Of a DNA stretch of 64,000 nucleotides, positions 11,618 to 19,960 are shown in pieces (the first letter of the stretch is position 1; each line of letters begins with the position of its first letter). The notes beneath the pieces are model-generated. The model worked only from the letters and a program-made list of their open reading frames with translations, did not search any database and was not told the origin of the DNA. The translations under genes were made by a program, and so were the position numbers. The DNA is from Veleropilina oligotropha. Lineage: Eukaryota. The stretch spans positions 248,001 to 312,000 of the forward strand of contig JBEUKZ010000071.1 of the NCBI GenBank assembly GCA_048128005.1, written 5' to 3'.

Positions 11618-12405
11618 TCCGCTCGATTGAACAAGTCGTGTTTTACTTTGCTCCACATTTTTTTGTGAAAATCGATCTTTTCGAGCCTGATCTAAAGATC
11701 AATATAGCTCATAAGGTTGTTGATAGTGTTGTGTACACGTTTAGTGGAATATTAGAGAGTTTTCCTCCTGAATAAGCCCTTGGAAGTTTTTCCTGTCGAC
11801 TACAGACAAAAAACGAAATCAACATCCTCCATTGACGACGCCATCTTGAAATTCTGAAAGAGAAAATAAAGAGGACGCTCAGAGGGATATTTAAAGAAGG
11901 AAGCTCCTTAGCAATTACTACGGAGTCAGGAGAGAGTTGTATTATTGATATTGCTTGAATTTGCATTGCATTTCATTTATATATACGATAATTCCTCAAC
12001 GACGTTTTTCTTGCTATACATTTATGTAATAAAATTTATCGTCGTTGAAAAGCAGATTGTTTAGAATTTAACTATCGTTATTTTGGTAAATCTGCTAAGT
12101 CGGGGATAACACGCCGAATTCTAACAAATTGATATATATACATCCAAGAGGTTTTAGGTGTAAAGGGCGGTTTCTGTATAAGAAAGACCTCCCGTTTCTC
12201 AATTCGTTGGCCGACTTGTAATAAAAAGGTTTATCAAAGTCGGTGTTTTTGGGCGTATAATCCGCCGTAAGTTTTAAGCGTATTTCAGCCTTTTCCAACT
12301 CTCGGATCAGGTACAATCGAGGTTGTAGTAGTAATTTGGTAAACTACCCAGGAAATATCCTTATCACTTAAAAACCCTATCTCCTACCTACCCGTGTAAG
12401 TAGCT

Positions 12406-15400
12406 ATGCAGCATTGCAGTGTTTCCGGGTGCCGACAGAAAATCCGTGGTTTTGACAGGCACTCCGAATGCATTATTCACCGTGTTTGTTCTAGCGATAA
12501 GAACCATCCTTGTGAGCATTGTATAGCACTAACTAATCGGCAGTGGGAGACTCTTTTCCCATCGACGAAGACGACCAGGGTGTCTTCTTCCGATGGGACA
12601 GCCACTGAGAAGCTTAAAAGTTTAGAGACAGGCTTTGATCCTATTCTTTCTGTTTCAGATACTCTCGGTAATAGCCGTGTTGGGACAGCGGCTATCGCGG
12701 GATCCGCCGTCGGAACCTCTGAGACTTTGGGAAAAGTCCCAGTAACTTCGTCGGGATCCATGGTTCAGGTACAGGCCCGAGTGCCGTCCGATTCCTCGCC
12801 TTTGGGCCTAGTAACCGCTGCTCATAGTATCTTGCCGGCCAGTAAGATACGTCGAGCGCTGCGGCGAACAGCTGAGCAGGGCAGACAAAACCTTTCCTCT
12901 CCTCCGGCCTCGGAGGAGCAAGGCAGCGTTAGTCCTTCTGTGAGTCAAGTAACCTCTGAAAAGCGGCGAAGGAGACTAGCAGAGAAAGTCGATACAGTTG
13001 CTGGGCACCACGAAAGTGGTCGAAGTTCCAGACGCTCGACGCAACCCGTCCTCTCCTCCGACAACGGCGCTAGTTTAAAGACTAATCCCGCCACCGTCGG
13101 AGCCCACGAGAGTGATGGAAGGCCAACCTCCTGCGACGCTTCTTTTCAAGACGTCCCGTGTGGTGTGGTAGGACCGGCTGCGTTCGGGGCTGAGGCTTAC
13201 GGCGGATTTTCCCCCCTGTCTCACCCGAACAGGGTTACAGACCCGTATAGACTGTGGTCGCAGTCTTACGGGTCGTTCGCACCGTTTAACGCGCCTTCGG
13301 GCCGTTTCCCTGGCTGCGGTTTCCCGACAGGTAACCCGAGTCCCTGGTACTCGGCTCCACCTGTCCGTGCAGCCCGTCCACCATGCGCTACGGTAACCTC
13401 GAGCGGACCAATGGCTGTTGGTCCGACGTCCGTCATGCCTACGGGTTTCTCTCTTGAGAACGTCCAGGCTATGATTGCGACGGAAGTCGAGGCACGTTGT
13501 AGGTCCTGGCAACCGGCTACCCAGCCGCCCCAGGTTCCAACGTCTCTGACCGTAACGCCGGGCTCGGCTCATGTTTCGGTGATGGCAGTAGATTCTCGTT
13601 CCAACGAGAACACCACTCCTACTCCTCACTCTGACCTCCCTGAATCGGTCGGACCAGACGGCTCTCGTAGTCGTTCTGGCACACATGAAGCCGTCTCCGC
13701 CACCCGCCGAAGGTACGACGCTGTCGCGTCGCTTCGCGGGGTGCTTGACTTGCTCGACCCGGCCCTGCCGGTAAGCGGAGTCACGCACAAGACAACGGCA
13801 CGTCGGTTTGATGGGCCGGAAGCCCCCCTGCTTCCTACCCTACCCCAGTCTGGGTTGGTCTCGCTCGTCCTCGACTCGACGACCAAATCCATTCAGGGGT
13901 CCAAATCGGTGGAGACTTCCACTTTAACGGAGTACCCTAGTGGTCTCCGTAAGGGAAGGTACCTCCGGCCCAGTAAGCGTCCGATTCCGATCGGGTGCTC
14001 TGGGACGTGTCTGGCGACTGAGCCGGTTCAGATCGATGCAGCGATGCGTCGCCTGTCGGCCAGTACAGCTCCCTCGGTAGTCAAAGTCCCATGGGTCGCC
14101 ATGGAGGGCTTTGAGAGCTCCGCCCGTCGAGCTCTACGGCATTCCTCCATCCTGGATTCCTTCTTGGACGGAGCTATTACCGTGCTACAACAGGATGGAC
14201 CCCGCGCTCGAGAGATCGCACTGTCCTTCCTCGAAGAGGTTGCCGCCGCCACGGAGAACTACGCGTCGGAATCAGCCCGATCCTTAGGTAACGCTGTCCT
14301 ACTCCGTAGAGACGCTTGCCTAGACGGCACCACGTTAGACGACGCCACCCGGCAGTCTCTACGTTGCGTGCCGCTGTCGGCCCCTACTCTCTTCGGAGAC
14401 AAATTCGGCGAATTTGTCGAGAAGAGAGCGACCGACCTCAAAGATCGCGCTGTTGAGAAGGCAGTCTTGGATACTCCTCGTAGTACGTCGGCTGCTGCCT
14501 CAAGGAAGCGCTCGGGACCGTCCCGGTCCCATAAGCCTTCCAAGCGTGCCATACCTTCGCATAGTGGGCCTTCTCAGGCCAATAAATCTACTGCGAAAAC
14601 GGCACCTCCAACCATATCCCGTCAGAGCGGGAGAGGGAAGCCGCGGTCTAGGGTTGGTCCGGCATCCAACCCTCGTCGCGACACCACCACCAGGACGCGC
14701 TCATCTCTTAATAAGAGAAAAACAAGCCGTCCTAGACCAGGCAGTGCGGGACTTACTCTCAAACAGAGCGATTTATCCCGCGCCGCCCAGCACACCAGGA
14801 TATTACAGCCACTTTTTCCTGGTCCCGAAACCCGATGGCCGTTGGCGACCGATCCTCGATCTGTCGTGCCTCAACCAGTATCTTCGTACCGAGATGTTCA
14901 AGCAAGAAACACGCTCGAAGATACGAACGGCCATCCGTCCGGGCGACTGGGCAGCGTCTATCGACTTGACCGATGTGTACCTACACGTTCCGATGCACGT
15001 CTCGGCTCACCGGTACCTACGGTTTGTCCACGGGGGAACGGTCTACCACTTCAGGTGTCTACCGTTCGGTCTATCGTCAGCCCCGTACGTCTTCACGCGG
15101 GTAGTACAGGCTCTTCGGGCCTTCCTACACTCGCAAGGGCACAGAGTACACATATACCTCGACGACTGGTTGATTCTCGGGGCGTCCCGGGATCAGTGCC
15201 TCCAGTCTATGAGCGTTACCCTGTCATCGGCGAAGCGCCTAGGATTACGGATCAACAACAAATCCTGCTTCGTGCCCTCGACGACGTTTACATTTCTAGG
15301 GGTCGAATTCAACACGGTCCGGTACACCGCGAAACCGACTCAGAAACATATAGCGAACCTACGCGCAGTTATACTGAAAACGAGGTCTTCACGGATAACG

Positions 15401-17499
15401 ACAGCGCAACGACTGGCCACTGTCCTAGGGCACATCGAGTCGGTAGCTCCCCTGTTACCGACGGGTCGCATGTAAAATCGACCGTTGCAGCAGGCCTTCA
15501 GGGACCGCTGGGTACAACGTACGGGACAGTGGACGGATCGCATCGATCTACGGCATTGGTTTACTCGCACGACAGCAGTGTGGCTGAACACTACCCTGCC
15601 GAGCCAGTCGGTTCCAATATCCCCCCCAGAACCGAACGCCTACCTCTTCACGGACGCGTCAAACGAGGGCTGGGGAGGTCACCTCGACAGTCACGAGACA
15701 TCGGGCCTCTGGCCTACGGACCTTCAGGGACGACACATCAACTTCCTAGAGTTAGAAGCCGTCTACCTGTCAGTACGGTCCCTCTCGTCACATCTCCGAA
15801 ACAAGCACATATTGCTAGCAACGGACAACACGACTGTCGTCGCTTACATCCAGCACCAGGGCGGCACTCGCTCCCGTCCGCTTTGCGACCGAGCGATCGA
15901 CCTACACCGCCTAGTGATGTCACTCAACTCGACAATTCGAGCCCGACACATCCCGGGGAAGCTGAATGTCAGAGCGGATACGCTCTCTCGGAAAACACAG
16001 ATTATACACACAGAGTGGACGCTACACGCCCGTGTAGCCCGAGATGTCTGTCGCCTGTGGTCGACGCCTCAAGTCGATCTATTCGCAACCGAATACAATC
16101 ACCGACTCCCTCTCTATGTGTCTCCTTACCCGGACCCGGCCGCTATAGCGGTCGATGCTCTGTCAATGACATGGGAGAATCTGATCGCCTACGCCTTCCC
16201 ACCGTCGTGCATGTTGGCACAAGTACTACGGAAAGCGACCCGCGAAGACTGCGAGTTGACGCTAATAGCACCTCTACAACGCACGCAGTCCTGGTTTCCG
16301 ACACTTCTGGATCTACTCATCGATCAGCCACGAGCGCTACCGCAGATGACAGACCTGTTATCGCAACCGCGCAGTCGGGTTCTACACCCGTCGGCGAACG
16401 AGTTTCACTTTCACGCCTGGCGACTATCGAGAGATCGCTCATTAAGAAAGGCTTTTCTAGAGCGACAGCCCAGCGCATTTACCGATCTAGAAGACAATCT
16501 ACAACAAGGGTATATGACTACCGATGGAAAAAGTTTGTGGATTGGTGTCGCGGGCGGCAAGTCAATATATTCCGCCCCCCTGTGACAAAATTTATCGAGT
16601 TCTTATCGTCGTTGCTCGAACGGGGAATGTCAATTTCCGCAGTCAAAGGCTACCGTTCATGCGTAGCAACAACGTTACGGCAATGCCGCGAGCACACCCG
16701 CTTGTCTACCGACAAAACAATATCGGACTTCATACGCTCCTATCAACTCGAACGGCCCATTCAGCGGGTGCGACCGCCCGCTTGGAATGTTTTGTTAGTT
16801 CTCAATGCTTTACTTAGAGGCCCGTACGAGCCTATGAGTGATTGTTCCCTCAAAAATCTCACTTATAAGACCGTATTTCTTACCGCTCTCGCCACCGGTA
16901 ACAGGGCCTCGGAGATACATGCTTTATCCGGAGAGCTTCGAGACATACACTTCCACACCAATGGGTCGGTGACGCTGCATACAGTCCTTGGCTTCCTAGC
17001 GAAGACACAACGACCTGAAGATATCAGTCCCGAGGTTTGTATCCGTAACCTCTCCATGCTGGATAGAAATGATATCGACCGCCTGAACTGCCCGGTTCGC
17101 GCGCTGAGATTCTACCTGGATAGAACCCGAGACCTACGGCACGGTAAAAAGCGTTTATTCGTTAGCCATATGCCTCAATTCCACCGCGACATTCGCAAAT
17201 CGACTGTTTCACGTTGGATAGTCTCTGTTGTTAAGGAGATTTACTCTCGGTCCAATGAGCCAGAACGAGATCTCGTTTCAATTCACGCGCACGAGACCCG
17301 TGCAGTTGCGACTTCCCTAGCCTTCAAATATAATTTGAATATCAATGAAATCTTAAAGGCTTGTTACTGGAAGAATGCTAATACCTTTGTTCGCTTTTAC
17401 CTGCATGATTATGCGACCACGGCTGGGGGTGAACATCGGATTTCCTTTGTGGCGGCAGGACAACAATGTATCACGGGATCTGGGTCATCCCGCCAGTGA
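12406..17499 (+). CDS. DIRS Gag-like protein fused in frame to tyrosine recombinase (1697 aa)
   Basis: N-terminal Cys/His cluster (CSVSGC..HSECIIHRVC..CEHC) and Gag-like helical core. C-terminal YR with TGNRASE (R), HAHETR (H-x-x-R) and YWKNANTFVRFY (W, Y). Confidence 0.92.
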   Translation: MQHCSVSGCRQKIRGFDRHSECIIHRVCSSDKNHPCEHCIALTNRQWETLFPSTKTTRVSSSDGTATEKLKSLETGFDPILSVSDTLGNSRVGTAAIAGSAVGTSETLGKVPVTSSGSMVQVQARVPSDSSPLGLVTAAHSILPASKIRRALRRTAEQGRQNLSSPPASEEQGSVSPSVSQVTSEKRRRRLAEKVDTVAGHHESGRSSRRSTQPVLSSDNGASLKTNPATVGAHESDGRPTSCDASFQDVPCGVVGPAAFGAEAYGGFSPLSHPNRVTDPYRLWSQSYGSFAPFNAPSGRFPGCGFPTGNPSPWYSAPPVRAARPPCATVTSSGPMAVGPTSVMPTGFSLENVQAMIATEVEARCRSWQPATQPPQVPTSLTVTPGSAHVSVMAVDSRSNENTTPTPHSDLPESVGPDGSRSRSGTHEAVSATRRRYDAVASLRGVLDLLDPALPVSGVTHKTTARRFDGPEAPLLPTLPQSGLVSLVLDSTTKSIQGSKSVETSTLTEYPSGLRKGRYLRPSKRPIPIGCSGTCLATEPVQIDAAMRRLSASTAPSVVKVPWVAMEGFESSARRALRHSSILDSFLDGAITVLQQDGPRAREIALSFLEEVAAATENYASESARSLGNAVLLRRDACLDGTTLDDATRQSLRCVPLSAPTLFGDKFGEFVEKRATDLKDRAVEKAVLDTPRSTSAAASRKRSGPSRSHKPSKRAIPSHSGPSQANKSTAKTAPPTISRQSGRGKPRSRVGPASNPRRDTTTRTRSSLNKRKTSRPRPGSAGLTLKQSDLSRAAQHTRILQPLFPGPETRWPLATDPRSVVPQPVSSYRDVQARNTLEDTNGHPSGRLGSVYRLDRCVPTRSDARLGSPVPTVCPRGNGLPLQVSTVRSIVSPVRLHAGSTGSSGLPTLARAQSTHIPRRLVDSRGVPGSVPPVYERYPVIGEAPRITDQQQILLRALDDVYISRGRIQHGPVHRETDSETYSEPTRSYTENEVFTDNDSATTGHCPRAHRVGSSPVTDGSHVKSTVAAGLQGPLGTTYGTVDGSHRSTALVYSHDSSVAEHYPAEPVGSNIPPRTERLPLHGRVKRGLGRSPRQSRDIGPLAYGPSGTTHQLPRVRSRLPVSTVPLVTSPKQAHIASNGQHDCRRLHPAPGRHSLPSALRPSDRPTPPSDVTQLDNSSPTHPGEAECQSGYALSENTDYTHRVDATRPCSPRCLSPVVDASSRSIRNRIQSPTPSLCVSLPGPGRYSGRCSVNDMGESDRLRLPTVVHVGTSTTESDPRRLRVDANSTSTTHAVLVSDTSGSTHRSATSATADDRPVIATAQSGSTPVGERVSLSRLATIERSLIKKGFSRATAQRIYRSRRQSTTRVYDYRWKKFVDWCRGRQVNIFRPPVTKFIEFLSSLLERGMSISAVKGYRSCVATTLRQCREHTRLSTDKTISDFIRSYQLERPIQRVRPPAWNVLLVLNALLRGPYEPMSDCSLKNLTYKTVFLTALATGNRASEIHALSGELRDIHFHTNGSVTLHTVLGFLAKTQRPEDISPEVCIRNLSMLDRNDIDRLNCPVRALRFYLDRTRDLRHGKKRLFVSHMPQFHRDIRKSTVSRWIVSVVKEIYSRSNEPERDLVSIHAHETRAVATSLAFKYNLNINEILKACYWKNANTFVRFYLHDYATTAGGEHRISFVAAGQQCITGSGSSRQ
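14414..16585 (+). pseudogene. DIRS RT / RNase H / adenine-methyltransferase-like ORF with one in-frame TAA (15473-15475)
   Basis: ORFs 14414-15475 and 15485-16585 share one frame. Motifs: FLVPKPDGRWRPILDL, LPFGLSSAP, YLDD; TDAS, HINFLEL, DNTT, ADTLSR; VDLFAT, AYAFPP. Confidence 0.93.
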
Positions 17500-17727
17500 T
17501 TGGTTTAAGGAATTTTACCAGGCACTGAGGTAATATAATGTAATTCTATTTGTGTACATTGAAATCACCATTAGAATTTACTCCAATGTTATTACTTTCT
17601 TAAACTGATTAAGAAATTGAAATTATTTATTCATACTGAGTTAATATGAAGCAATGCCCACATTGGATGTAGACATTTATATTATTAAATCTTAAAAATG
17701 TTTTTTGCACATAATATTATTTTTAAA

Positions 17728-18236
17728 ATGTTCTCCTTGCTGTCGCAGAACATTTCAATGTGCGTACATTGGAAAATTTTAATATTATTCTCTACTTAAA
17801 ATTATTTAAGTAACATGTATCATGTTGACATTTTGCAAGTTGGACATGCAAAAATTTATTATTCAAGATGAAGTTATTGAAATTTTCTTCTATCTATTGA
17901 TAATTGTCACGGTTTTATAGCACAATCAACCTGCCTAGGTTCGGGTGCTTCTAAAAACCACGTCTTGCAGTTTTCTGTCTGCCGACCTTTGAGTCCGGAA
18001 TATTCAGTCCACTGTCTTTGCTCATGACACGAGTGCCTCAAGGTATACCTTCCGCCGGTGTCCGGAGCTACATGCACTTTCGTGTTACCTGTCCGACTAA
18101 CATCCCTGGCGTGTTTTCCCAGATTTCTTGGTCGAAATCTCACCTCGGGGTAAGGGTAGATTTGATGCTCAGTTAAATCCACTCTGAACGGACTCGATCT
18201 CAACGCTAAAGCGTCGTCTTCTGGTAACAAGTAAGT
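17728..18236 (+). ncRNA. Putative conserved cis-acting RNA structure in DIRS 3' UTR (copy 2)
   Basis: Collinear, covarying stems shared with 338-838. Confidence 0.55.
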
Positions 18237-18285
18237 TTTAATTTTGGTGTATGGAACTTATAACTCCGCCAACCAAAGTTATTCT

Positions 18286-18375
18286 TGGCATTAGTAAGGA
18301 CGTAAGTATATTTGATATAGATATGAGGATTAAGAGTAATCCCTTGTATCTATAATAATATACTTACGTCCTTAC
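18286..18375. other. DIRS internal complementary region (ICR)
   Basis: Reverse complement of the left terminus joined through ATAT (18321-18324) to the reverse complement of the right terminus. Confidence 0.95.
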
Positions 18376-18439
18376 CCACTTGGCCCACCCTGCTTCGCAC
18401 CTCCCCTCTTATATAAGTTCTTTGCCTTGGGGTTTGCTT

Positions 18440-18643
18440 AAACTTCGGATGAGGTCTTGACCCTTGGTCACGAGGATCTCGCGGGAGTTGGCGAGCTCTT
18501 AATAGGCATGAACTGGAGGAGGTCGAGCAGGTCAGTGGGTCAGTGGGTTAAATTTACTAAAAAGTGCGAAATTACCATTTCCACCTTGTCCGGATTTAGC
18601 GATAATAGGCTTATTATGGCATTAGTAAGGACGTAAGTATATT
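18440..18643. repeat. DIRS right inverted terminal repeat
   Basis: Reverse complement of 11414-11617. Confidence 0.95.
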
Positions 18644-18679
18644 ATTATAGATACAAGGGATTACTCTTAATCCTCATAT

Positions 18680-18681
18680 AT

Positions 18682-18714
<33 letters not shown>

Positions 18715-19045
18715 TTATATATACATAATTGTATATCTTTATGTATACATATATATGTGTATATATATATCCTATATATATATATCATTATATATACATA
18801 ATTATATATCTTTATATATACATATATATGTGTATATATATATCCTATATATATATATATATATATCATTATATATACATAATTATATATCTTTATATAT
18901 ACATATATATGTGTATATATATATCCTATATATATATATATATATACATATATCATTATATATACATAATTATATATCATTATATATACATATATATGTG
19001 TATATATATATCATATATATACAAATTAAATATGTATATATATGT
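18680..19045. repeat. AT-rich compound minisatellite (continues 11332-11401)
   Basis: Units of (ta)n-tcattatatatacataatt-atatctttatatatacatatatatgtg-tatatatatcc on both sides of the DIRS element. Confidence 0.9.
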
Positions 19046-19398
19046 TTTTGCGTGTTTGTATGTGTGCGTGCACTTGTATCCATGTACCGCAGTAACACAA
19101 CTACAACTTCTTCTAAACAGCTGATTAGCCACGCCCCTTTTCCTGTCCGCCATTACAGAATATTACAATGAAGCCTCCCTGAGTGCAAAGGTCAACATCA
19201 CTGCCGTCTATCTGCAGCAAAATTTCATTGATAAAAATAGAATAAACACGTTGTAACAGCCGTTGAATGACTTCAGTGCTAATTCCGACTATTGGAATCC
19301 GCACTGAGTGATAGGATGCTGTTTCGACAATTGTTGGGAGCGCAGAGTAAGGGTTAACAGTATTCGATAGTTTATGAGGACCACATATTACTATTTAG

Positions 19399-19497
19399 GT
19401 CTCCATGGTTACCAGTGCACCCTGGAACTGAGGAACCAGCGGGAGTCATTATGGAGTGACCAATTTAGGCATATGGAACAAATCCAAGAGAGCATCG
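19399..19497 (+). CDS. FBXO15: F-box only protein 15-like, internal exon (GLHGYQCTLELRNQRESLWSDQFRHMEQIQESI)
   Basis: tttag|...|gtgagt, phase 1-1; GLHGY motif recalled from FBXO15; splices in frame to the next exon. Confidence 0.75.
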
Positions 19498-19960
19498 GTG
19501 AGTTGTGCATGATGACAGTTGCTCATATTTTGTATGATAATATTCTCTTGTAATATTATTCCATGTAATTACATGAACATTTTCAATATTTTCTACAATG
19601 TTATTATGTAACAAATCTATTATGTAACAAATCTATTATGTAACAAATCTATTATGTGACATCCAGTGTTGAGCAGTAAGTAGCTGTGCTTAAAATCATG
19701 TCAAAAAATCTGTTTTCGAAATAATTGCATTACATGTATTTGTTTTATGAATACTTTATATATTTGCCAGCTTACAATCAGCCATTGCTTGATATAATGC
19801 ATAAATTTTGGTGTACTGTTGATATTTTTGTGCAATTTTGTTACTAATGCTTCATTGTCAAGGTAAATTACCTGTAATAAACATTGATTGGCATGAGTCG
19901 ATAGGATAGTGGTTAGGAGGTGAATGCCAGACTTAGTGTCGTCATGAGTCGATAGTGGTA

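Larger units (their letters stand above)
11402..18679 (+). mobile_element. Full-length DIRS1-type tyrosine-recombinase retrotransposon (family 2)
   Basis: ITRs 11414-11617 / 18440-18643, right extension 18644-18679, ICR 18286-18375; Gag, RT, RNase H, MTase-like and YR domains. Confidence 0.97.
11167..19353. mobile_element. piggyBac-type MITE (~0.9 kb) carrying the DIRS insertion
   Basis: ttaa|cccttactctgc at 11163-11178 and gcagagtaaggg|ttaa at 19342-19357; the same AT minisatellite lies on both sides of the DIRS element. Confidence 0.85.

Noticed and set aside
12477..17057. Antisense ORFs within the DIRS coding region
   Set aside because: Expected in GC-rich coding DNA; no motifs.
18259..18275. 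taactccgcc and ctaacac resemble 5' ends of twister ribozymes
   Set aside because: Downstream GUCCCAAGC and GAGGG core elements are missing, and taactccgcc is not conserved in copy 1.
18645..19171. Y/I-rich ORFs
   Set aside because: Translations of the AT minisatellite.
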